A DNA stretch of 35,702 bases from positions 1-35,702 of the IMG/VR virus record IMGVR_UViG_3300037602_000023; one strand, written 5' to 3'. The notes under the pieces are model-generated. The model searched no databases. It had not been told where the DNA came from and saw only the letters and a program-made list of their open reading frames with translations. Below, piece by piece: positions 8,075 through 16,350 of this stretch; positions within the stretch are counted from its first letter, which is position 1; every line of letters begins with the position of its first letter. The stretch comes from a virus (taxonomy: Duplodnaviria; Caudoviricetes). Position numbers and translations under genes: made by a program.

Positions 8075-8096
8075 CTTAAAGGGGAATAATAATGGC

Positions 8097-8402
8097 CTAT
8101 TCTTTAGGTAAGCGTGTTAGTCCATCGTATCGTTCGATCCACTCTTCCGTCCTTTTCTTAGCACCTAGCTTTGCCCCTTCTTTTGCTTTGGCTAGCCTGT
8201 ACCGATCCTCTTTGTCTTTTGGTATTTCATGCTCTATGCGAAACACAAACCATCTTTGCCAGTCACCTGGCTTTTCCTTCTTTAGCTTGTCTAATGTCTT
8301 GTATGCGGCCCTGTTTGGGTTTAGTGCCCGCATTTTGTATGTCGTTGTAAGGCTTTTGTTGTCAAAGTGCTTCACAGATACATAGTAATAGTTTGCTTTC
8401 AT
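8097..8402 (-). CDS. hypothetical basic protein
   Basis: ORF track 8097..8456; likely start ATG 8402 (MKANYYYV). Confidence 0.6.
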   Translation of the reverse strand: MKANYYYVSVKHFDNKSLTTTYKMRALNPNRAAYKTLDKLKKEKPGDWQRWFVFRIEHEIPKDKEDRYRLAKAKEGAKLGAKKRTEEWIERYDGLTRLPKE

Positions 8403-8406
8403 GTGT

Positions 8407-8667
8407 TTATGGCCTTTGTGGTTTTCTTGTGTAGATTCGTTGGTAATGGGTTGCACCGTTCATCCCAGTGACTAGGTTAGCGAGATGATCCTCTATTATG
8501 GCCTTCTCATCGACTATACAGGGCTTTTGATGGGTTAAAGTGTAGGTAAGTATAGAGCCAGTGATTAGGCCCACTAAAAAGGCCCTTATAAGGCCTTTTG
8601 AGTTTTTCTTTATTGAGGGCATTGAGATTATTTCAATGGGTAGTTTAGTTTTACGTATGATTGTCAT
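8407..8667 (-). CDS. hypothetical membrane protein
   Basis: One hydrophobic segment LIRAFLVGLITGSILTYTL; GAGG RBS before ATG 8667. Confidence 0.6.
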   Translation of the reverse strand: MTIIRKTKLPIEIISMPSIKKNSKGLIRAFLVGLITGSILTYTLTHQKPCIVDEKAIIEDHLANLVTGMNGATHYQRIYTRKPQRP

Positions 8668-8671
8668 AAGT

Positions 8672-8770
8672 TTAATTTTCCTCGTTAAGTTCATCTAACA
8701 TATCCTTGGCCCCAATATAACAAAGGGCCAAGAACAAGATTAATATTAGTATAGCTATAAGTTTAAACAT
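8672..8770 (-). CDS. small membrane peptide (32 aa)
   Basis: Manual translation MFKLIAILILILFLALCYIGAKDMLDELNEEN. Confidence 0.45.
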   Translation of the reverse strand: MFKLIAILILILFLALCYIGAKDMLDELNEEN

Positions 8771-8790
8771 AGTTTGTAGCTTTCCAGAAA

Positions 8791-8964
8791 CTATATCGCA
8801 GGGTTAGAAACATATATGTCATGCTTTACCTCGCTTATCACTACGTGTTTCTTGGCTAGTATGGCCGTACGGCGCATGTCATAAGCCCTGTCTTTGTCTA
8901 AGGTTATGTATGGCCTAGGCTGGCCTTGGATATGTACTTTGTAAAGTTTAGTTTTGTGTGTCAT
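8791..8964 (-). CDS. hypothetical protein (57 aa)
   Basis: Manual translation MTHKTKLYKVHIQGQPRPY...; AAGGA RBS. Confidence 0.6.
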   Translation of the reverse strand: MTHKTKLYKVHIQGQPRPYITLDKDRAYDMRRTAILAKKHVVISEVKHDIYVSNPAI

Positions 8965-9000
8965 TGTTGTTTTTCCTTTTGTTAGTGTTAAGTGATGATA

Positions 9001-9057
9001 CTAAGTGCATCCATAAAGGGCCATAAGCTAAGTTATAGCCCCTTAAAGTGTACTTAG
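9001..9057 (-). promoter_or_regulatory. long hairpin after the first early gene, RNase III-site-like
   Basis: CUAAGU..UAAGGGGCUAUAA-loop-UUAUGGCCCUUUA..ACUUAG; 13-bp upper stem, internal loop, no U-tract. Confidence 0.55.
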
Positions 9058-9794
9058 TGCCACGCGGGTTTTACGTCTGTTTCTGGCAAATCGTGCAACC
9101 ATTCTACCACGTCTTGGGGCACTTCGTGGAAGTACCAAGAACGCCCATATTTTTTGCCGTTTAGCTCCTTCCCTAGTAGCCCGTCGGGGTGCTCGCTATT
9201 GCGTACCCATCCTAATGTCTTTCTTTCAATCTTAGGCTTATTATCTCTTAGTATATCATTGCTAAGTTTCATAAATTCGGGCGCGTCTGGTTGCTCATAC
9301 CCATATAGGTCTTTATAGCTAGGACTTCCCAAAAGGCGTTTTTGTCTATCGTCTAAAGGTATAACTTCGCCTTTAATCTCCGCTTCAGCCTCTGCGGCCT
9401 TTAGAGCTCTAAGTTCTTCACGGGCTTCGCTTGTCATGCTAAAATCATATTTAAATATCTCTTTAGATGCTAGCTTGTCCCATCCTGCTTCTTTCATTTC
9501 AGGGGTATATGCGCACATATCGTTTAAGTGCCATTCGCGCCATATGTCTAAGAACTTTTGTAGTTTCTTTTTACTCCATCCTTGCGCATAGTGTTCTATG
9601 TCTAAGCTGTCATATACTTGGCCGCATGACCCTAAGCAATCCCCGTTGCTTCTCGGTCCTACTACGCCCGTTATACTTAGCTTGCCCTCTTTATACTTTA
9701 TAGTGCAAAATACAGAGGCTTGCACTTGTTGCGCTCCGTTTAGCGTCCACTCTTTTTGAGAGCCTATTTTTACTATTTTCTTAAAGTCTTTCAT
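9054..9794 (-). CDS. hypothetical early protein (first gene of the leftward operon)
   Basis: ORF track; AAGGA RBS; LSITG...GSCGQ and W.EWHLNDM motifs familiar from phage early proteins. Confidence 0.8.
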   Translation of the reverse strand: MKDFKKIVKIGSQKEWTLNGAQQVQASVFCTIKYKEGKLSITGVVGPRSNGDCLGSCGQVYDSLDIEHYAQGWSKKKLQKFLDIWREWHLNDMCAYTPEMKEAGWDKLASKEIFKYDFSMTSEAREELRALKAAEAEAEIKGEVIPLDDRQKRLLGSPSYKDLYGYEQPDAPEFMKLSNDILRDNKPKIERKTLGWVRNSEHPDGLLGKELNGKKYGRSWYFHEVPQDVVEWLHDLPETDVKPAWH

Positions 9795-9832
9795 AGTTAG
9801 TTTTCCTTTGTTTAAGTGTTAGTGTTAACTAT

Positions 9833-9862
9833 ACCTTAGTTTACCTTGTTATTCCTTGTCAA
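9833..9862 (-). promoter_or_regulatory. candidate early leftward sigma70 promoter
   Basis: TTGACA-N18-TAAGGT with AT-rich UP-like region. Confidence 0.55.
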
Positions 9863-9930
9863 TAATAAAATGAAAAAAAGTTTATCTTTTGTTACATACT
9901 ATGAAGAACATTGGCTTGTGGCAGGGTTTA

Positions 9931-9968
9931 ACAAGTTTACTTGTGGGAAATACAAGTTTACTTGTGGG
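9931..9968. repeat. two 17-bp direct repeats, each palindromic (ACAAG-TTTA-CTTGT-GGG); candidate operators
   Basis: Copies at 9931-9947 and 9952-9968, period 21 bp. Confidence 0.7.
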
Positions 9969-10140
9969 TGCTTAGGTATCACATGCCCCCTTGGCCCTGC
10001 ACACGCGTTATACATAAGCAAGAACACAAGCAGAACAACATAAGTATATCTTTACATAAGCGCGCCCTTTGTCATTAGTCTGGCCTTAAGTCATTGATAA
10101 ACAAGGTAAACAGGTGTGTGATAATATACAGTATGTAAAA

Positions 10141-10230
10141 TAACCTAGGGGGGAGGGGTCTTTTTCTAGGCGCACCCCCACCCCGCGAGTCGGCCCAAGA
10201 CCTTCTCAATTCCTATCACACATAAATTTT
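10141..10230. other. candidate packaging/terminus (pac-like) region
   Basis: GC-rich G-run/C-run island then AAATTTT, between divergent early and late arms just upstream of TerS; positional inference. Confidence 0.4.
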
Positions 10231-10310
10231 ACTAGGCTCCGCACGGCGCACCTAAGACTTGAGATTTTCCCATCTATGTCATACACTTGTGAATAACAGG
10301 GAGTATAACT

Positions 10311-10604
10311 ATGTCTCATTTACCACAGGTTATGGAGTTGTACGGACAGCTCGTGCCGCACTTTAAGAGGGTGGACCTTTACCACACATCGTTGGGCTAT
10401 CAGTATTCGCTTACGACTAAAGGCCTACCTCCATCGTCCTTGGAGTATGTTTTTTCTTCTGAGGAGGTGCTGGAACCTGATTTTATATCAAACGCTTTGA
10501 AGAGGATGTTACCGAATGGCAAAGAAGTTAGACCCTCAAGACGATCCAAACCCAAGAATAAGAACAAGTCAGGGGATGGAAGTGGAGAGAGTAAGTCCGT
10601 CTGA
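10311..10604 (+). CDS. hypothetical protein
   Basis: ORF track; GGGAG RBS; first late-strand ORF. Confidence 0.6.
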   Translation: MSHLPQVMELYGQLVPHFKRVDLYHTSLGYQYSLTTKGLPPSSLEYVFSSEEVLEPDFISNALKRMLPNGKEVRPSRRSKPKNKNKSGDGSGESKSV

Positions 10605-11091
10605 TGTGTATGAGGCGGGTAATGCTGTACCTGCTGACTTTGACGAGGCTAGGTTTTACAAGTTTAACGCAACTCAGTTCGCCTTTTTGGAGGAGTATGC
10701 CAAGGATTTGGACGAACGTAGGGCTGCTAAAGCTTTGGGATTAAGCCTTGCCACTGTTACAGGCTGGCTTGGCAACACTAAGTTTAGGGCAGAGATGGAT
10801 GTTATTCATGACATATGGATGACAAATGTTAGGGCCACAGCTGAGCATGCCCAGGCGCGTCACATAAAGCTTTTGAATAAGATGGAGAAGGACTATGACG
10901 CCTTTGAGGATGGCACTAAAGCTAAGATGGCTGGCTCACTAGCAAAGATGAGCGACACTTACTTGAAGGCCACTGGTGCTTTTACAAAAGATGGTGGTGG
11001 TCCAGAAGGTCAGGTGGTTATTAACATTGATTTGGGTGGCGATCCAAAGAACAACGACAAGGTGGTTATTAGTGGCGAAAAGAAAGACTAA
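10516..11091 (+). CDS. terS: terminase small subunit (putative)
   Basis: QFAFLEEYAKD...AAKALGLSLATVTGWL HTH, helical middle, C-terminal VVINIDLG; position upstream of TerL. Confidence 0.7.
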   Translation: MAKKLDPQDDPNPRIRTSQGMEVERVSPSDVYEAGNAVPADFDEARFYKFNATQFAFLEEYAKDLDERRAAKALGLSLATVTGWLGNTKFRAEMDVIHDIWMTNVRATAEHAQARHIKLLNKMEKDYDAFEDGTKAKMAGSLAKMSDTYLKATGAFTKDGGGPEGQVVINIDLGGDPKNNDKVVISGEKKD

Positions 11092-11659
11092 GGTTCTTGT
11101 TGGTCTGCCTAATGGTGGTTCTGTTCGTGTTGAGACACTGAACTCGCTTATGGGGTTTGACAAGTCTGGGTTAGAAGTTGGTTTATGTACACCGTCGTCG
11201 TGCTTAATAACGAAGAACCGCAACACCATCTGTGAAGTGGCTATAAAAGATAACTTTGATTATGTCATGTTCTGTGATGCTGACATGTCTTTTAGTCATT
11301 CTTGTGTGAAGGACTTAGTTGAATCAGGCAAAGACATCGTTGCGGCCAATTGTGCTTTCAGGAAATACCCAATTAAGTTTACTGCCGACAATGGCCAGAC
11401 ACCCACCACTGAGTTCAGCAAGGGCTTAGAAAAAGTTAAGAATGTTGGCACAGGTTTTATGTTAATTAAGGTGGATGTGTTGAGGTCTATCCCGCGTCCT
11501 TGGTTTATGGTTGGGTACAATCCTCAGACTAGGAAAGAGTTTGGCGAGGACTATTACTTTTGTAAGAAGGCTGTTGATCTTGGTTATGAGATATACATAG
11601 ATCATGATGTGTCGAAGATGGTAAAGCACATCGGCACGCATGAGTATGGGGTTGTGTAA
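11072..11659 (+). CDS. GT-A fold (family 2-like) glycosyltransferase
   Basis: KVLVGLP, RN.ICE.A, DYVMFCDADM (DxD), VGTGFMLIK, GEDYYFC, HIG; probable GTG start 11072 with GGTGG RBS. Confidence 0.85.
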   Translation: MAKRKTKVLVGLPNGGSVRVETLNSLMGFDKSGLEVGLCTPSSCLITKNRNTICEVAIKDNFDYVMFCDADMSFSHSCVKDLVESGKDIVAANCAFRKYPIKFTADNGQTPTTEFSKGLEKVKNVGTGFMLIKVDVLRSIPRPWFMVGYNPQTRKEFGEDYYFCKKAVDLGYEIYIDHDVSKMVKHIGTHEYGVV

Positions 11660-13146
11660 TGTCAATTATTGATTATAAGGCAAGCCCTACTGCAATTAAG
11701 TTTCATGAGTCAGATGCGTTTGTTAAGGGCATCCGGGGCCCTTTTGGCTCTGGCAAGTCGGTAGCTTGTTGCTTTGAGATATTCATGAGAGCCCAACGTC
11801 AGACGCCCTCTAAGGATGGCATTAGGCGTTCTAGGTGGATTGTTGCACGTAACACTCAGCCACAGTTGGAAACAACAACAATCAAGACTTGGCTGGACTG
11901 GTTCCCTGAGCATATCTTTGGCAAGATGTCACGCAAGCCTCCATTTACGCATCACATAAAGTTAAACGACATAGAACTTGAGGTTATCTTTTTGGCTTTG
12001 GATAAGCCAGAGGATGTAAAGAAGTTATTGTCATTTGAGGTGACGGGCATATGGTTTAACGAGGCCCGTGAGATGGAGTATGACATCATTGCTGGTGGTA
12101 CAGGCCGTGTTGGGCGTTATCCATCAAAGAAAGACAAGCCTGATGATGTGCCTGACGACAAATGGCCAGAGTGGCACGGTATTATTATGGACACGAACCC
12201 GCCAACAGATGATCATTGGTGGTATAAGATGGCTGAGGAAAACGCTTGGGCTGTAGATAAATTTGGTAACCCTATTGATCCCGAGAACGTGGCTAAACGA
12301 CAAAGGTGGGAGTTTTGGGCTCAACCATCTGGATTGGCTTCTAATGCTGAAAACATAGATAACCTTCCAGGTGGCTATGATTATTACAGGCAGCAGTTAG
12401 GTGGAAAGACTGAAGAGTGGATCAGAGTTTATGTTCACGGTGAGTATGGCTTCATCAAGTCAGGCCTACCTGTTTATGGTAATTGTTGGAACCCTGACAG
12501 TATGACAGCAGAAAAGCATTTGAAGAAAGTCCCATCTGGCATAATAACTGTTGGCGTAGATTCATCTGGTCGTCATCCTGCGGCTGTGTTTATCCAGCGC
12601 ACACCGCGTGGCCAGCTACAAGTTATACATGAGGTTTGTGTTACTGATGAAGAAGGTATGGGTGCTGTAAACTTTGCTCAGTTGTTAAAGCGTGAGATGA
12701 ACACAGTGTTTCCCAACCACGACTTTGATATTTATGGTGACCCTGCTGGTTCTTGGGGTTCTCAGAATGATGAGCGTACTTACTTTGATATTTTACATGC
12801 GCAAGGTATATTTATTAAACCTTCGCCTGGACTTCGTATATCTGAAAGGATAGAGACTGTTATGTCAACTATGAACCGCAATGTTGATGGCCACCCTGCT
12901 TTAGTTATTCATCCGTCGTGTAAAGTGTTATTGCGTGGTATGAATGGCGGGTATAGGTATAAGAAATTAAACACAAGTGGTTCTGTTCGTTATGAAGACA
13001 AGCCTGACAAGAATAGGTATTCTGATGTTCAAGATGCATTGCAGTATGCTTTATGTGGTTTAGGTGAGACAGGAAGGATGTACGGACGTAATGGTAAAAG
13101 GACGACCAAAACAAAGTTTGCTAAATCTAAGTTTAAAATCTTCTAA
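11659..13146 (+). CDS. terL: terminase large subunit
   Basis: Walker A GPFGSGKS, Walker B IWFNE, motif III DTNPP, nuclease GVD...GDPAG...SDVQDALQY. Confidence 0.92.
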   Translation: MSIIDYKASPTAIKFHESDAFVKGIRGPFGSGKSVACCFEIFMRAQRQTPSKDGIRRSRWIVARNTQPQLETTTIKTWLDWFPEHIFGKMSRKPPFTHHIKLNDIELEVIFLALDKPEDVKKLLSFEVTGIWFNEAREMEYDIIAGGTGRVGRYPSKKDKPDDVPDDKWPEWHGIIMDTNPPTDDHWWYKMAEENAWAVDKFGNPIDPENVAKRQRWEFWAQPSGLASNAENIDNLPGGYDYYRQQLGGKTEEWIRVYVHGEYGFIKSGLPVYGNCWNPDSMTAEKHLKKVPSGIITVGVDSSGRHPAAVFIQRTPRGQLQVIHEVCVTDEEGMGAVNFAQLLKREMNTVFPNHDFDIYGDPAGSWGSQNDERTYFDILHAQGIFIKPSPGLRISERIETVMSTMNRNVDGHPALVIHPSCKVLLRGMNGGYRYKKLNTSGSVRYEDKPDKNRYSDVQDALQYALCGLGETGRMYGRNGKRTTKTKFAKSKFKIF

Positions 13147-13148
13147 TG

Positions 13149-13558
13149 AGTTGTTAGTAGAGTGGTTCTATGTTTTCACCCCGATGGGATATAGACCTTC
13201 GTGGTGGATGTTGCCTTGGTTGTGGGGGAAGGATAAAAGCAAATCTCATGTGTTGGCATTTGCAAAGTCTGGCAATGGTGTTCAGGCAATAGAGCCAACG
13301 CGCAAGTCTATTCACTTAGTGTATTACGAGAACACAGACATAAACCATTACATTGAGTGGTGCATCGACAAAGGATATACAGTTGTCGGCTCTACTCATG
13401 AGGCAGACCTTTCTTCGTGGAAGGGCATAACAAACATCATTCCAACCTGTGTTTCTATAACAAAGATTTTAACAGGCTTTGCTTCTACGAGTATCACACC
13501 TCAGGGTTTGTATAAGGAATTGTTAGCTAGGGGTGGTGTTGAATTAAATTTATGTTAG
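13149..13558 (+). CDS. hypothetical protein, possible permuted papain-like (NlpC/P60) enzyme
   Basis: SHVLAF near N-terminus, TCVS and TPQGLY near C-terminus; start uncertain (ORF track 13064). Confidence 0.5.
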
Positions 13559-13575
13559 AGGTATTATTATACCAT
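13539..13575 (+). promoter_or_regulatory. late promoter 1 with 20-bp conserved box
   Basis: TTGAAT-N17-TATTAT; TAGAGGTATTATTATACCAT (13556-13575) is repeated exactly at 16351-16370. Confidence 0.75.
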
Positions 13576-13592
13576 CTTATAAGGAGTTTCAT

Positions 13593-13817
13593 ATGGGCGC
13601 ACCAAAACCTAAAGGACCATCAGCAGCCGAGCTAAACGCACAAGCAACTGAGGCGGCTAAACTAGAAAAAGAACGTATTACTGCTGAGCGTGCTGCTGAA
13701 CGTGAAAGACAGTCTCGTATCTCAAGTCTGCAAGCCTCACGCCGTGGCTCTACTGGTAGATCATCTTTAATCACAACGTCTGAATTAGGTGTTAAGTCTA
13801 ATCTAGGGAGTAACTAA
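13593..13817 (+). CDS. small basic virion-assembly protein (T7 gp7.3-like position)
   Basis: MGAPKPK...RRGSTGRSSLI; AAGGAG RBS; immediately before portal. Confidence 0.65.
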   Translation: MGAPKPKGPSAAELNAQATEAAKLEKERITAERAAERERQSRISSLQASRRGSTGRSSLITTSELGVKSNLGSN

Positions 13818-15373
13818 TGTCATCTCCATCTGAGATACTAAAAAGATTTAAGAAGGCCCATTCCAGAAAAACAAACTGGGAGACTTTGTATGAAGATGCA
13901 CAAGATTATGTGGCACCTCAACGTGAGACATTTGACTACGAAGAAATAGGCACACGTAAAGATGGCTCAGACACAAATGTGTATGACTCAACAGCGCAAA
14001 ACGCCTTGTTAAACTTTGCATCAAACTTGCAGTCTTCTTTAGTTCCTCCAATGAAGCGTTGGATTGAATTGAAGCCTGCCCCTAATTCTGGTCTACCAGA
14101 GCCTGATGCATCAAATGCTTTAGAGCGTATTACTGAAATTATGTTTCAGGCATTGTCAGTGTCTAACTTTGACACGCAAGTAGCAGAGTCTTTCTTGGAT
14201 TTAGGTTTTGGGACGGGGGCTTTCTTAGTTTTTGCAGGTGATGAAGACAGTCCGTTTGAGTTTGTAAATGTTCCGCTATCACAGATTTTCTTAGAGGAAG
14301 GCCCTCACGGTAGGATTGAGACGGCTTTCCGCAAGTTTAAGTTGCCAGCCCGCGTTGTTGAGAAACAGTGGCCTGATTTGAAAATAACGTCTGAATTATC
14401 AGAGTGTATGTCGGAAGACCCTGATAAGTTGTTAAACTTTGTTGAGGCCACCATACCTCAGAAAGTTTCTACATTTGATCCTCAAGCCAATGAATCACGC
14501 GAAGTTGATGGCTATGAGTATTCTGTTGTTTGGGAAGACCAGAAGCAAAAGATTGTCTCGCGTGAAATGAACTCTTCGCCTTGGATTATCTTTAGGTGGG
14601 CAAACTTACCTGGTGAGATTTATGGTAGAGGGCCAGTGTTGACAGCACTGCCTGATATTAAATCGTTAAACAAAGTTAAAGAGTTGTTACTACAGTCAGC
14701 TTCGATTGCGGCCTTTGGTATGTATACCGTTGCTGATGATGGTGTGATTAACACAGAGAACATCGAGTTTGGCCCAGGTGCGCTTATCCCTGTTTCGTCA
14801 AACCCAGGTTCTATGCAAGGGCCAACTTTGGCTCCATTGGCAGTTGCTGGTGATGTAAACTTAACGCAGTTTGTTATACAGGATTTACAAAACTCTATTA
14901 ACAAGATGATGTTTGGTGATCCTTTGGGGGATGTTACGCTTCCTGTGAAGACAGCAACAGAGATTTCTTTGCGCCAGCAAGATTTGGCCAAGCGCATCGG
15001 TTCTGCTTTTGGTAAGTTGCAGTTCGAGTTAATCACGCCATTAGTTAATCGCTTGCTTGATATTTTGGACGAGTTAGGTTTAATAGACTTAGGTGATTTC
15101 AGAGTTGATGGTAAGACATTGGCTATTGAACACATCTCACCATTGGCACAGGCTCAGGATGAGGAAGATATTATCAAGATGGTTAGATATGCTGAGACAA
15201 TGGTAAATCTTTTTGGTCCTCAAGTTTCTTCTTTGGCGATGAAGCCTGACATGTTTGGCCGCAAGCTGGCTGAAAAGTTAAACATATCAATGGATGTTTT
15301 ACCGACTGAGGAGGAAGTAGAACAGATTAAGGGAGCAGCAGCACAGGCGTTAGCAAATCAACAGGGAGTTTAG
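13817..15373 (+). CDS. portal (head-tail connector, T7 gp8-like)
   Basis: YDSTA, DLGFGTG, RW...GEIYGRGP...LPDIK.LN, TATEI, SPLAQAQ motifs. Confidence 0.93.
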   Translation: MSSPSEILKRFKKAHSRKTNWETLYEDAQDYVAPQRETFDYEEIGTRKDGSDTNVYDSTAQNALLNFASNLQSSLVPPMKRWIELKPAPNSGLPEPDASNALERITEIMFQALSVSNFDTQVAESFLDLGFGTGAFLVFAGDEDSPFEFVNVPLSQIFLEEGPHGRIETAFRKFKLPARVVEKQWPDLKITSELSECMSEDPDKLLNFVEATIPQKVSTFDPQANESREVDGYEYSVVWEDQKQKIVSREMNSSPWIIFRWANLPGEIYGRGPVLTALPDIKSLNKVKELLLQSASIAAFGMYTVADDGVINTENIEFGPGALIPVSSNPGSMQGPTLAPLAVAGDVNLTQFVIQDLQNSINKMMFGDPLGDVTLPVKTATEISLRQQDLAKRIGSAFGKLQFELITPLVNRLLDILDELGLIDLGDFRVDGKTLAIEHISPLAQAQDEEDIIKMVRYAETMVNLFGPQVSSLAMKPDMFGRKLAEKLNISMDVLPTEEEVEQIKGAAAQALANQQGV

Positions 15374-15598
15374 ATGTCAGAAAAATCAATAGATCGTATG
15401 TTCTTTGACTTGTTCACAAGCGAGCAAGGTCAGGAAGTGTTAGAGCATCTGGAAGATAAGTATATAAAGGCTTCGACTTGGCCACCGCAAGCGTCAGATG
15501 GTATGACGTTGGCATTGTGTCAGGCAAGGCGAGAAGGTCAGAATGATCTTGTTCGTTATATTAAACTAAAAGTAAAAACAGGGAGTAAGAAAGCATGA
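15374..15598 (+). CDS. Bbp19-like conserved phage protein
   Basis: LFTSEQGQEVLEHL...REGQNDLVRYI between portal and scaffold. Confidence 0.7.
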   Translation: MSEKSIDRMFFDLFTSEQGQEVLEHLEDKYIKASTWPPQASDGMTLALCQARREGQNDLVRYIKLKVKTGSKKA

Positions 15599-16350
15599 GT
15601 CTAATTACAGAAACAACAGAAGAAACAGAAGCAACAACAGAAGAAGAGACTGTTGTTACAGAAGAAACAGTAGCGGAAGAAACGCCTTCTGAGGAAGAAA
15701 CGGAATCAACTGAAGAGGAGAAGCTTTACGTTGGTAAGTATAAGTCTGTTGAAGATTTGGAAGCTGGGTATAAGGAGCTAACGAAGAAAATCAGGGAGAA
15801 GACCCCGGAAGCACCTGAGAAGTATGAGTTAGACTTCACAGATGACGAGGACTTGAAGGGGCTTGTGCCAGAGGGAACCAACTTAAACGAAGATGAAATG
15901 TTTATTGGTATGTCTGATGTGTTTAAGAAGCATAATCTAACACAAGAGGCGGTTAATGACATTGTAAAAGCTAAGTTGATGCATGATGCTTCGCTTAATC
16001 CTGACTTTGACACAGAGATGAAAAAGCTGGGTGATAATGCGAATGACCGCATTGTGGCTGTTTCTAAGTTTGTCCAGAAAAACTTTAGCGAATCTGAGCA
16101 AGCGCTTTTAGCAGATGTGGGATCAACAGCAGAAGGTGTAGCTTTGGTTGAAAAGCTAATGAAGATGAGCAAAGTTGAGGCGCGTATTCCTACAACAGAA
16201 ACGTCACAGTCTGTTGGCCTATCAAGTGCAGAGCTTAAGTCTAAGGCGGCTGAACTACGTAAAACGCCAGGCTTTGACCTAAACACAAAAATGCGTTCTC
16301 AGTATGAAGAGCTTATGGACCAAGCAGCAAAACTTGATATTAATAGTTAA
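15595..16350 (+). CDS. capsid scaffolding protein
   Basis: Acidic N-terminus, GKYKSVEDLEAGYKEL, APEKYEL; position before capsid. Confidence 0.85.
   Translation: MSLITETTEETEATTEEETVVTEETVAEETPSEEETESTEEEKLYVGKYKSVEDLEAGYKELTKKIREKTPEAPEKYELDFTDDEDLKGLVPEGTNLNEDEMFIGMSDVFKKHNLTQEAVNDIVKAKLMHDASLNPDFDTEMKKLGDNANDRIVAVSKFVQKNFSESEQALLADVGSTAEGVALVEKLMKMSKVEARIPTTETSQSVGLSSAELKSKAAELRKTPGFDLNTKMRSQYEELMDQAAKLDINS

Noticed and set aside
10976-11071. Hydrophobic N-terminal extension of the glycosyltransferase
   Set aside because: Lies wholly within TerS in another frame; GTG 11072 has an RBS and starts the fold
13544-13558. CtrA box (TTAA-N7-TTAG) at late promoter 1
   Set aside because: Imperfect and not reproduced at promoter 2; common in AT-rich DNA
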